Assembly: GCA_035459965.1 (NCBI GenBank)
Contig: DATHXC010000013.1
Location: 2,946-66,945, forward strand
Direction of reading: 5' to 3'
DNA: 64,000 nucleotides
DNA from: Methylophilaceae bacterium
GTDB lineage: Bacteria; Pseudomonadota; Gammaproteobacteria; Burkholderiales; Methylophilaceae
Shown piece after piece: positions 38,241 through 46,916 of the stretch. Positions within the stretch are counted from its first letter, which is position 1; every line of letters starts with the position of its first letter. The position numbers and the translations under genes are program-made. The notes beneath the pieces were generated by a model. The model ran no database searches. It worked only from the letters and a program-made list of their open reading frames with translations, and was not told the origin of the DNA.

Positions 38241-38699
38241 GTGGTCACGTTGAATATTAATGGTCAGGATAAAGAGCTGGATGTGCCGGATGATATGCCC
38301 ATCCTCTGGGCGTTGCGCGATGTTGCCCACATGACGGGTACCAAGTTTGGTTGTGGCATGGCGCAATGTGGCGCCTGTACCGTGCACCTGGATGGACAGG
38401 CCATCCGCTCCTGTGTGACGCCGGTGACGGTGGCTGTTGGAAAGAAAATTACTACTATTGAGCATATGAGTGCGGACCCGGTTGGCCAGGCAGTGCAAGC
38501 TGCCTGGAGCGAAATCGATGTGGTGCAGTGTGGTTACTGCCAGTCCGGCCAGATTATGGCGGCGACTGCCTTACTTGCTACCAATAAAGCGCCTAGCGAT
38601 GCTGACATCGACGCCGCCATGAGCGGCAATATCTGCCGTTGCGGTACCTATCCGCGCATCCGTGCTGCTATCCACCAAGCTGCAACGAAATTGGCATAG
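38241..38699 (+). CDS. Mo-hydroxylase small subunit, two [2Fe-2S] clusters (IorA / aldehyde oxidoreductase gamma-like)
   Basis: 152 aa with a GTG start. Motifs [12 protein letters not shown] and [11 protein letters not shown]...CRCGTY. Confidence 0.9.
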   Translation: MVTLNINGQDKELDVPDDMPILWALRDVAHMTGTKFGCGMAQCGACTVHLDGQAIRSCVTPVTVAVGKKITTIEHMSADPVGQAVQAAWSEIDVVQCGYCQSGQIMAATALLATNKAPSDADIDAAMSGNICRCGTYPRIRAAIHQAATKLA

Positions 38700-38709
38700 G
38701 GGAATCATC

Positions 38710-40896
38710 ATGAGCATCAATATTTCCAGACGTACCTTTATCAAAAGCGCCGCAGTAGTCGGTGGTGGCCTAGTGATTGCATTTGCTATCCCTCAAGCCA
38801 AGCGCTTTTTGCTCCCCAATGAGAAAAAAGCGGATATGCCAGCGGCGATGAAGCTGCCGTCGCCCAATGCGTTTTTGCGCATCGGCACCGACAACACCAT
38901 TACTGTATTGCTGGCACACAGCGAGATGGGTCAAAGTGTCTGGACTACCTTGCCCATGCTGATTGCGGAAGAGCTGGATGCAGACTGGAGCAAGATCAAG
39001 GTTGAGCATGCGCCTGCTGCACCTGAATATGCCCATACCGCTTATGGCTTACAGATCACCGGTGGCTCATCCACCACCTGGTCGGAGTTCGATCGTTATC
39101 GTCAAGCGGGTGCGCTTACTCGTGCCTTGCTTGTGAGTGCAGCAGCCCAGAAGCTTGGCGTTGAGCCAGCTGCCTGCAAAACAGAAAACGGCATGGTAAT
39201 CGCTAGCGATAAAAGTATCAGTTATGGCGAGCTGGCAGAAGCTGCGGCCAAGCTGCCAACTCCAACCGAAGTCACGCTGAAAGACCCGAAAGACTGGAAA
39301 ATTATCGGCAAGGCCACCAAGCGCCTGGATGGCCCTGAGAAAATTAACGGTACTGCCGTGTTTGGCCAGGACATTCAGTTTGAAGGCATGCAGACTGCCC
39401 TGGTGCAACGTGCCCCGGTATTTGGTGCTAGTGTTAAGTCATTCGATGCCACTGCTGCCAAGCAGATCAAAGGCGTGACTAATGTGGTGCAAGTGCCTAC
39501 AGGTGTAGCTGTGATTGCTGATAATTACTGGGCGGCCAAGCAGGGCCGGGATGCACTCAAGGTCGACTGGGATTTAGGCCCGAGCGCAAAGCTAGATTCC
39601 AAGGCGCTACTGGAAGAATACCGCAAGCTTGCTGCTACAGAAGGTTTGCCAGCTGCCAAGGCTGGCGATGCTGCAGCGGCGCTGAGTAAAGCTGCAAAAA
39701 CCATAGAAGCTGAATATAACGTGCCTTATCTGGCGCACTCACCCATGGAGCCGCTGAACTGCACCGTGCGTATCGGTAAAGATAGCTGCGAAGTATGGAC
39801 AGGTACGCAGATGCAGGGAAATGACCAGCCTGCAATTGCCAAAGTGCTGGGGCTTAAGCCGGAGCAGGTCAAGATTAATACTGTATTCCTGGGTGGTGGA
39901 TTTGGTCGCCGCGCCAACCCGGCAGCGGATTTTGTGACTGAAGCTGCCAACGTAGCAAAAGCTGCGAATGTTGGCAAAGATGAGGTTGTCACGGTGAAAA
40001 CAGTGTGGACGCGTGAAGATGACGTAAAGGGTGGCTACTATCGCCCGGCCTATCTGCATAAGGCCGTCATTGGCTTAGGTGAAGATGGCTTGCCACTGGC
40101 ATGGAAACAAACGCTGGTTGGCCAGTCCATCATCGCCGGTACACTTTTCGAAGGTTTCATGATCAAGAATGGCATTGATGCAACCTCAGTGGAAGGTGTG
40201 GCAGATTCCCCTTACCTTAAAGAAGTCGCCAATCATGATATTCAGTTGCATAGCGTTAAATCTGATGTGCCGGTCTTGTGGTGGCGTTCGGTAGGGCACA
40301 GCCATACTGCATTTGTGATGGAAAGCCTCATTGACGAACTTGCACATAGCGCCAATAAAGATCCAGTCGAATACCGTCGTGCCTTGCTTAAGAACCATCC
40401 ACGCCATCTGGCGGCACTCAACCTGGCCGCTACCAAGGCGGATTGGGATAAACCTCTGGCGGAAGGCGTGTTCCGTGGTGTGGCTGTGCACGAGTCATTC
40501 GGAAGCTTTGTGGCGCAAGTGGCAGAAATCTCACTGGATAAAGGTGCAGTCAAGGTGCACCGAGTGGTGTGTGCTATTGATTGCGGCTTGGTGGTGAATC
40601 CAGATTCGCTCGAAGCGCAGGTGCAATCGGCCATCGCCTTTGGCCTGGGCGCAGCCTTGCATAGTGAGATCACATTCAAGGATGGTCAGGTAGAGCAATC
40701 CAACTTTCATAACTACCAGGTATTGCGCATGAGCGAGATGCCCAAGGTGGAAGTGCATATTGTGCCAAGCACCGACAAAATGGGTGGTGCCGGTGAGCCC
40801 GGCGTGCCGCCTGTGGCACCGGCGATTACTAATGCCATATTCGCTGCTACCGGCAAGCGCATCCGTAGCTTGCCTATCGGTAGCCAGCTGGCTTAA
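38710..40896 (+). CDS. Mo-hydroxylase large subunit, molybdopterin-binding, Tat-exported (IorB / membrane-bound aldehyde dehydrogenase-like)
   Basis: The ATG at 38710 gives MSINISRRTFIKSAAVVGGGLVIAF, a twin-arginine signal, followed by an xanthine-dehydrogenase-family Mo-binding body. The track ORF carries a 16-codon extension. Confidence 0.88.
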   Translation: MSINISRRTFIKSAAVVGGGLVIAFAIPQAKRFLLPNEKKADMPAAMKLPSPNAFLRIGTDNTITVLLAHSEMGQSVWTTLPMLIAEELDADWSKIKVEHAPAAPEYAHTAYGLQITGGSSTTWSEFDRYRQAGALTRALLVSAAAQKLGVEPAACKTENGMVIASDKSISYGELAEAAAKLPTPTEVTLKDPKDWKIIGKATKRLDGPEKINGTAVFGQDIQFEGMQTALVQRAPVFGASVKSFDATAAKQIKGVTNVVQVPTGVAVIADNYWAAKQGRDALKVDWDLGPSAKLDSKALLEEYRKLAATEGLPAAKAGDAAAALSKAAKTIEAEYNVPYLAHSPMEPLNCTVRIGKDSCEVWTGTQMQGNDQPAIAKVLGLKPEQVKINTVFLGGGFGRRANPAADFVTEAANVAKAANVGKDEVVTVKTVWTREDDVKGGYYRPAYLHKAVIGLGEDGLPLAWKQTLVGQSIIAGTLFEGFMIKNGIDATSVEGVADSPYLKEVANHDIQLHSVKSDVPVLWWRSVGHSHTAFVMESLIDELAHSANKDPVEYRRALLKNHPRHLAALNLAATKADWDKPLAEGVFRGVAVHESFGSFVAQVAEISLDKGAVKVHRVVCAIDCGLVVNPDSLEAQVQSAIAFGLGAALHSEITFKDGQVEQSNFHNYQVLRMSEMPKVEVHIVPSTDKMGGAGEPGVPPVAPAITNAIFAATGKRIRSLPIGSQLA

Positions 40897-40927
40897 AGGC
40901 ACATAAAGGCGGGAGCAGACAGTAACC

Positions 40928-41950
40928 ATGAATGCAAAAACGATAGTTTCGCAAGATGCAGAAGTGCTCAGTCGTGCTCTGGCATGGCAGGCACAAGGGC
41001 ATCGCGTGCATCTGTTTACCGTGGTGCAGACCTGGGGATCATCCCCGCGCTTGCCCGGCGCCATATTGGCGGTGCGCGACGATGGACATCTGGTGGGTTC
41101 CGTCTCAGGTGGTTGTGTGGAGGACGACCTTGCTGACAAGGCACGTGCTAATGCCTTGCCATCCAGCCCGTCATTGATCGAATATGGCGTGGATAAAGGG
41201 GATGCGCAGCGATTCGGTATCCCCTGTGGCGGCAAGCTGCTGATTTTTGCTGAACAGTTAAATGATAGTTCTGAACTTGAATCCGTACTGGCTAGTTTGT
41301 CGCAACGTGAACTGGTTTGCCGTTCGGTAAAGCTTGGTACGGGTGAAGTCAGGCTAGGCGCGGGTAACCCCGGTGCAACTGCCTGGGTGGAGGATGGCTG
41401 GTTCCACAACTATTTTGGCCCGCAATGGCGCTTGCTGGTGATCGGTGCCAATCAGCTTGGCGCCATGCTCGCCATGTATGCACAACCGCTGGATTTCGAA
41501 GTGCTGATTTGTGACCCGCGTGAAGATGTACGTGCCGAATGGCGAGTGGAAGGCGTGACTTGGGTTGAAGGCATGCCCGATGACGTAGTGCTTGCCATCA
41601 AGCCAGACCCGTTTACCGCCATTGTGGCGGTGACCCACGACCCCAAACTGGATGATATGGCGCTGCTGGAAGCACTCAAATGCGATGCCTTTTATGTCGG
41701 CGCTTTAGGTGCCATGCAGAACCAGGCCAAACGCCGTGATCGTATGCGCATGTTCGATCTTTCTGAAGCAGAAATCGCCCGCCTGCATGGGCCGGTCGGC
41801 CTGTCGATAGGCAGCAGGACGCCAGCTGAAATCGCTATTTCCATCCTGGCCGAAATTATCCGCGAGCGCACCTTACAACGCCAGCAAGTCGCAGAGCATT
41901 CAAACGGCAATCACGCTACGTTAAGCATGAGTACCTCCTGCGCCATTTAG
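40928..41950 (+). CDS. XdhC/CoxI-family molybdenum cofactor insertion accessory protein
   Basis: 340 aa. N-terminal XdhC_CoxI-like region (VVQTWGSSPRLPGAILAVRDDGHLVGSVSGGCVE) and a Rossmann-like C-domain (LLVIGANQLG). Confidence 0.85.
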   Translation: MNAKTIVSQDAEVLSRALAWQAQGHRVHLFTVVQTWGSSPRLPGAILAVRDDGHLVGSVSGGCVEDDLADKARANALPSSPSLIEYGVDKGDAQRFGIPCGGKLLIFAEQLNDSSELESVLASLSQRELVCRSVKLGTGEVRLGAGNPGATAWVEDGWFHNYFGPQWRLLVIGANQLGAMLAMYAQPLDFEVLICDPREDVRAEWRVEGVTWVEGMPDDVVLAIKPDPFTAIVAVTHDPKLDDMALLEALKCDAFYVGALGAMQNQAKRRDRMRMFDLSEAEIARLHGPVGLSIGSRTPAEIAISILAEIIRERTLQRQQVAEHSNGNHATLSMSTSCAI

Positions 41951-41965
41951 AAATTTAAGAGAAGT

Positions 41966-42550
41966 TTAAGGCTGGTATTTCTTAAGGTCTGCCAGCGTGT
42001 CGATGTCAGCCAGTATGCCCGGGTCATCGGATTCAAAAGTACTTACCTGCTGAGCGTGCTGCCTGACAATCGAGCGTGCACCCTCATCACCATGCAGGCT
42101 TTCCAGCTCATTCCTGAATTTTGACGAAAACCCGACCGGGTGCCCGCGTTGTCCTTGGTAGCTTGGCATCATGATGTCGGCACCATCCCTGAGTTGTTGC
42201 GCCACCATAGAAATCGTTGTGCTGCGAATAAACGGCATGTCCGCCAAGGCAATCACAAAGCCATCCACAGCCATGTCTGCCGTACGCTTGACTGCTGCTA
42301 CCAAGCTATCCGACATATTCTGCTGATCTTCTGAGCAAGTTATTACCTGTAAGCCTGCTTTTGTAAGCAACTCACCAAGTGTATGTTCGTTAGGTCGAAT
42401 CACTGCAATCGAATCAGTAATCGCAGCCACCAGATTCTCCGCCGCAGCCAGCCCGACAGGGCGGCTATCGAGCAGTATATGAGAGAGCTTATTAGCGTCG
42501 CCAAATCTACGCGAGAAGCCTGCTGCCAGTAATATGCCAACTATTTTCAT
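41966..42550 (-). CDS. MobA-like NTP transferase (molybdenum cofactor cytidylyl/guanylyl-transferase, MocA-like)
   Basis: Starting at the internal Met gives MKIVGILLAAGFSRRFG..., a nucleotidyl-transferase P-loop-like motif. The track ORF extension would run through the pqqA terminator. Confidence 0.8.
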   Translation of the reverse strand: MKIVGILLAAGFSRRFGDANKLSHILLDSRPVGLAAAENLVAAITDSIAVIRPNEHTLGELLTKAGLQVITCSEDQQNMSDSLVAAVKRTADMAVDGFVIALADMPFIRSTTISMVAQQLRDGADIMMPSYQGQRGHPVGFSSKFRNELESLHGDEGARSIVRQHAQQVSTFESDDPGILADIDTLADLKKYQP

Positions 42551-42614
42551 CAGTGAGTTTTTGCGTAAGGTTTCAGAGCTTATTTTATCTGCTGATGCGT
42601 TGGAACCGTACAAA

Positions 42615-42641
42615 TAAAAACGGAGGCCGTAGCCTCCGTTT
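42615..42641 (-). terminator. Intrinsic terminator downstream of pqqA
   Basis: The minus strand reads CGGAGGC-UACG-GCCUCCG followed by UUUUUAUUUG. Confidence 0.8.
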
Positions 42642-42664
42642 CATTAAATCGTGCAATCTTCGTA

Positions 42665-42736
42665 TTAACGATTACATACGTACATTGTTACTTCAAAGCC
42701 GAAACGCATTTCTGTAACTTCTGGTTTTGTCCACAT
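42665..42736 (-). CDS. pqqA: PQQ precursor peptide PqqA (23 aa, not in ORF track)
   Basis: My own translation gives [23 protein letters not shown]. It has the conserved Glu-X3-Tyr (E15...Y19) cross-link pair and the MWxKP N-terminus, with an AGGAGA Shine-Dalgarno 7 nt upstream. Confidence 0.9.
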   Translation of the reverse strand: MWTKPEVTEMRFGFEVTMYVCNR

Positions 42737-43036
42737 GATGAATCTCCTAAGGTTAAGTTGATTGCTAACAACAAGAAAACTTGCCGTACTTGTATGAGTA
42801 CATATTGCGCCCAAGGTTTGCTTTTCGCGCTATCTAAAGCCATGAATACGGGCTAGTGCTTTTCATGAGTCTCGCCTAATCACATTAACTGTCGGTGCTG
42901 TCTGACAAACGATTCAGCGCAACGCCTATAAATGCGGTTGCGATTTGTCTTTATATTTCTAGGCGTTAGCAGGCTGAACCTTAAGTGCATGAATGAGGTT
43001 CTGCCAACTTCATTCAATTAATACAGGGAGAACAGT

Positions 43037-43195
43037 ATGTCGATAGGAACCATTCTACTTATTATTTTAGTACTGATTCTGATAGGGGCGATTCCTGCCT
43101 GGCCACATAGTAAAGGCTGGGGCTATGGTCCGAGCGGTGGCTTGGGTCTGGTAGTGGTGATTTTGCTGATTCTATTATTGACGGGTCGAATTTAA
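43037..43195 (+). CDS. DUF3309-family small membrane protein (52 aa, not in ORF track)
   Basis: MSIGTILLIILVLILIGAIPAWPHSKGWGYGPSGGLGLVVVILLILLLTGRI: two hydrophobic helices flank the W-G-Y-G-P-S-G-G core. GGGAG Shine-Dalgarno. Confidence 0.8.
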   Translation: MSIGTILLIILVLILIGAIPAWPHSKGWGYGPSGGLGLVVVILLILLLTGRI

Positions 43196-43246
43196 ACAAC
43201 CTGGTTCACTAATTTTTTAGTCAAACTTTTTTAAGGAGTAATCAAA

Positions 43247-43324
43247 ATGGGAAAATATCTAATCGCATGGTTGCTGGGTGTGCCAGGTATTGTGCTAGTA
43301 ATCGTTTATTTCTTTATGCATTAA
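43247..43324 (+). CDS. Tiny single-TM peptide (25 aa, not in ORF track)
   Basis: MGKYLIAWLLGVPGIVLVIVYFFMH, with an AAGGAG Shine-Dalgarno 7 nt upstream. It is followed by a strong terminator. Confidence 0.55.
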   Translation: MGKYLIAWLLGVPGIVLVIVYFFMH

Positions 43325-43337
43325 CACCTATGTTTAG

Positions 43338-43371
43338 CAAAAGGGCTTGCCGACTGGCAAGCCCTTTTTTT
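43338..43371. terminator. Bidirectional intrinsic terminator (tiny peptide gene / ccdA convergent)
   Basis: AAGGGCTTGCC-GACT-GGCAAGCCCTT followed by TTTTTT. Confidence 0.85.
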
Positions 43372-43374
43372 GCC

Positions 43375-44103
43375 TCAATAGCGTGTAGTCAGCTCAATGA
43401 GCCAATCTGGTGAATGGCTTACCACTAGAGCTTCAAGCTGCTTATCTGCACCGGTGAGTATCATGATGCCGACCAGCAGTAAAAATGCCCCGAGTATTTT
43501 TTTACCTATGGCACCTGCCATAAACAGTTTGCTCCTGAATTTCATCATGGCTTGTCTGGATAACAAGCCCAGTAAAATGAGTGGCATACCAGCGCCTATG
43601 CCAAACAACGCCATGATCAAGGTGACATGGGCCAGGTTTTCGCCCTGGCTTGCCAAGGTGATGGTAGCTCCCAAGGTCGGCCCAACGCATGGGCTCCATA
43701 CGATGCCCAAAATCAAGCCCAGCAAAAACTGACCAAACAGACTATCGGTCGAAATTTTATTCAGCAGCGATTGACCTGAGCCGCTTAAGCCGCTGGCTGC
43801 CAGTGCAAACTTTTCCTGCAACGCAGATGAAAACAGAATCAGCCCGAATATGATCAATAGTCCGGCTGCCACCATGCGTAATACCGACTGGTCCAATCCA
43901 ATGGCGGAACCCAGGCTGGCGAGCAACACACCAACAATGGTAAATGAAGTGGCTAATCCAAAAGCCAGAAACACAGGTCCATACCGATGTGTATTCACCG
44001 CTGAGCCGATAAGAATAGGCACCAATGGCAGCACGCACGGGGAGAGGATGGAAAGCGTACCAGCCAAAAAGCTCAAGCCATAACTGCCAAAAGTGGTCAA
44101 CAT
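43375..44103 (-). CDS. ccdA: Cytochrome c biogenesis / thiol-disulfide reductant transporter CcdA (DsbD-like core)
   Basis: 242 aa polytopic protein with LSPCVLPLVP and WSPCVGP, the conserved Cys-in-helix motifs. Confidence 0.85.
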   Translation of the reverse strand: MLTTFGSYGLSFLAGTLSILSPCVLPLVPILIGSAVNTHRYGPVFLAFGLATSFTIVGVLLASLGSAIGLDQSVLRMVAAGLLIIFGLILFSSALQEKFALAASGLSGSGQSLLNKISTDSLFGQFLLGLILGIVWSPCVGPTLGATITLASQGENLAHVTLIMALFGIGAGMPLILLGLLSRQAMMKFRSKLFMAGAIGKKILGAFLLLVGIMILTGADKQLEALVVSHSPDWLIELTTRY

Positions 44104-44112
44104 GCTATTGGC

Positions 44113-44493
44113 CTACAGTGTTTTCTGTACCAGTTTTTCTATCTCCACCGTTGAGGTTTCCCCGGTAATGCGCCCAACTTCCTTGCCATCTTTAAATACA
44201 ATCAGCGTGCTTTGTTGAGTCGCCTTGAAGTGCCTGACGATGTCTTTCTGATCGTCAAAATCAACACGCAGCCCGGTTACGCTTTTATATTTAGCGGTAT
44301 CAAGCAGTGGTGCAATGATTTTTGCCTGTGCGCGGCATGTTGGGCACCAGTTGGCATGGATGGCAACCAGTATGGGTTTGCCTTCTTTTTGCAAGGCATC
44401 AAACTTGGCTTGGGTATATGCGCTGGAGTCTGCTTGCACCGAGGCTGAGAAAAGAAACGTGAGTAAAGACAGGGTGCTGAGTATGGTTTTCAT
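44113..44493 (-). CDS. Periplasmic thioredoxin-like protein
   Basis: 126 aa. Signal peptide MKTILSTLSLLTFLFSASVQA and a WCPTC active site. It lies immediately upstream of ccdA. Confidence 0.85.
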   Translation of the reverse strand: MKTILSTLSLLTFLFSASVQADSSAYTQAKFDALQKEGKPILVAIHANWCPTCRAQAKIIAPLLDTAKYKSVTGLRVDFDDQKDIVRHFKATQQSTLIVFKDGKEVGRITGETSTVEIEKLVQKTL

Positions 44494-44644
44494 GATGGTC
44501 TCTCGATTAGAGTTGGGTGCGTAATTTGGTGTTTCTAATAATTAGTCATTCTGCTGTTTAGTCGAGCTCCGCGCATGGGCCTTACAAAAATTAAATCGTT
44601 TATACTTGCAGTTAATTTCTTAAGCCAATAATAACGATCAATAT

Positions 44645-46696
44645 ATGAATAACTTATCCAAAAAACTGCTGTGGCTGGTGATTGCATTGGTGGGTGCGGC
44701 TGCTGTTGGCGGCATTGCACTAAACCGTGGTGAAAGCATTAACGCCTTGTGGTTTATCACGGCGGCGATCTGTATCTATGCGATTGCCTATCGCTTCTAT
44801 TCGGCCTGGATAGCGGCTAGTGTGTTGATGATAGACGAAACACGCGCTACGCCAGCGGAGCGTATGGATAATGGCCGTGACTTTGTACCGACCAACAAAT
44901 GGATAGTATTCGGCCATCATTTTGCTGCGATCGCAGGGCCAGGCCCGCTGGTGGGCCCTACGCTGGCAGCGCAGTTTGGCTACCTGCCCGGCACGCTCTG
45001 GATATTGATAGGCGCAGTGCTCGGCGGAGCGGTGCAGGATATGGTGACCTTGTTCCTCTCTACGCGCCGTAATGGCAAGAGTCTGGGTCAAATGGCACGC
45101 GACGAGCTTGGTGCAGTGGGTGGGGCGGCCGCATTAATTGGCACCTTTACCATCATGATCATCCTCATTGCAGTACTCGGGCTGGTGGTGGTCAATGCCA
45201 TGAAGCACAGTCCCTGGGCCACCTCTACCATTGCAGCCACTATCCCGATTGCCATGATTGTTGGCTTTTACATGCGAAACTTCCGCCCGGGCCAGGTGCT
45301 GGAGGCATCCGCACTTGGTGTTGCATTGCTATTGCTGGCAGTGGTCGGCGGCGGCTGGATAGATCACTCATCCATCCGCGGACTTTTTGACCATGAAGGC
45401 TTGACGCTAGCATGGTGGATTATGGGATATGGGTTTGCTGCAGCCATCCTGCCCGTCTGGCTATTGCTTGCGCCGCGAGATTACCTGTCTACCTTTATCA
45501 AGCTGGGTACTGTAATCGCGCTCGCTGTTGCCATCCTGATGTTGCGGCCAGATATCAAAATGCCAGCGCTTACGCAGTTTATTGACGGCACGGGCCCCAT
45601 CTTTGGAGGCAAGCTATTCCCCTTTGTATTCATTACCATTGCCTGTGGTGCGATTTCGGGTTTTCATGCACTCATCGCCTCAGGTACTACACCCAAATTG
45701 CTCACCAATGAGCGCGACATCCGTACCATAGGCTATGGTGCCATGCTGCTTGAGTCCTTCGTTGCCATCATGGCGATGATCGCCGCTACAGTGCTCGATC
45801 CCGGCGTATTCTTCGCCATCAACAGCCCTGCCGGAGTGGTCGGTAAGGAAGCTGCCGATGCTGTCGCCATGATCACTTCCTGGGGTTATCCCGTCACGGT
45901 TGAGCAAATGCAGACGCTGGCCCGCGAAATGGGCGAGGCCACCTTGTTTGCGCGTACCGGCGGTGCACCATCGCTGGCCGTTGGCATGGCTAGTATTTTT
46001 GGCAGCGCTTTTGGTAATAGCATGCTGGCGCTGTGGTATCACTTTGCGATCATGTTCGAAGCAATTTTTATCCTGACCACGCTCGATGCCGGCACCCGCG
46101 TCGGGCGCTTCATGCTGCAAGACATGCTGGGTAATATCTGGCCAAAAATGGCGCAGACTTCATGGTATCCCTCGGTATTGTTTACTAGTGCGCTGGTGGT
46201 GGCAGGCTGGGGTTATTTCCTTTATATCGGGGTGATTGACCCGAATGGTGGCGTCAATATCCTGTGGCCCTTATTCGGTATTTCTAACCAGATGCTGGCA
46301 GCAATCGCGTTATCTGTAGCCACCGGTATTTTTGTAAAATCCGGCAGGTTGAAATATGCATGGGTGACACTATTGCCTTTGCTCTGGCTGGTGATCGTAA
46401 CGACTAGTGCTGCTTGGCTGAAAATCACTAGCACGGATGTGCGTGTCGGTTTCTTCGCGGCCGCCAATGATATGGCGGCCAAGCTGGCCGCAGGCACCTT
46501 GCCGCCTGAAAAGGCAGCAGTCGCGCCGCAATTGATCTTCAATCAACAACTGGATGCATGGCTCACCCTGTTTTTCGTGGTGGTGCTATGGGTGGTGATT
46601 ATTGATATGTTACGCGTTTGCGCGCGTCATTTATCTGGCAAGCCAGTGCTGCCGTCAGATGAAGCGCCCTACGTGAAAACACAGCTGATTTCTTAA
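44645..46696 (+). CDS. cstA: Carbon starvation protein A (CstA family peptide/pyruvate transporter)
   Basis: 683 aa polytopic protein with FGHHFAAIAGPGPLVGP and ISGFHALIASGTTPK motifs. Confidence 0.92.
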   Translation: MNNLSKKLLWLVIALVGAAAVGGIALNRGESINALWFITAAICIYAIAYRFYSAWIAASVLMIDETRATPAERMDNGRDFVPTNKWIVFGHHFAAIAGPGPLVGPTLAAQFGYLPGTLWILIGAVLGGAVQDMVTLFLSTRRNGKSLGQMARDELGAVGGAAALIGTFTIMIILIAVLGLVVVNAMKHSPWATSTIAATIPIAMIVGFYMRNFRPGQVLEASALGVALLLLAVVGGGWIDHSSIRGLFDHEGLTLAWWIMGYGFAAAILPVWLLLAPRDYLSTFIKLGTVIALAVAILMLRPDIKMPALTQFIDGTGPIFGGKLFPFVFITIACGAISGFHALIASGTTPKLLTNERDIRTIGYGAMLLESFVAIMAMIAATVLDPGVFFAINSPAGVVGKEAADAVAMITSWGYPVTVEQMQTLAREMGEATLFARTGGAPSLAVGMASIFGSAFGNSMLALWYHFAIMFEAIFILTTLDAGTRVGRFMLQDMLGNIWPKMAQTSWYPSVLFTSALVVAGWGYFLYIGVIDPNGGVNILWPLFGISNQMLAAIALSVATGIFVKSGRLKYAWVTLLPLLWLVIVTTSAAWLKITSTDVRVGFFAAANDMAAKLAAGTLPPEKAAVAPQLIFNQQLDAWLTLFFVVVLWVVIIDMLRVCARHLSGKPVLPSDEAPYVKTQLIS

Positions 46697-46699
46697 GGG

Positions 46700-46891
46700 A
46701 TGGCTATGTTGCAGTGGATGAAATCTTTATGGAAGTCGATCAGGCAATTGTCTGGCGATGACGCCTATGAACGCTATCTGGAACATTTTGCTACACATCA
46801 TTCTAGTGATTTGACGCCGCCACTGAGTAAGGAAGCATTTTTCAAACAGTGGCAAGACAACAAATGGAAGGGTATAAAGCGCTGCTGTTAA
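46700..46891 (+). CDS. YbdD/YjiX-family small protein (CstA partner)
   Basis: 63 aa, SGDDAYERYLEHF...KRCC C-terminus. It starts 4 nt after cstA. Confidence 0.85.
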   Translation: MAMLQWMKSLWKSIRQLSGDDAYERYLEHFATHHSSDLTPPLSKEAFFKQWQDNKWKGIKRCC

Positions 46892-46916
46892 GACGATTAC
46901 TTAACAGCAGTATTGT

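Noticed and set aside
42551-42613. Upstream extension of the MocA-like ORF (MYGSNASADKISSETLRKNSL...).
   Set aside because: The extension would start just beside the pqqA terminator hairpin and precedes the conserved MKIVGILLAAGxSxRxG N-terminus, so the internal start at 42550 is far more plausible.
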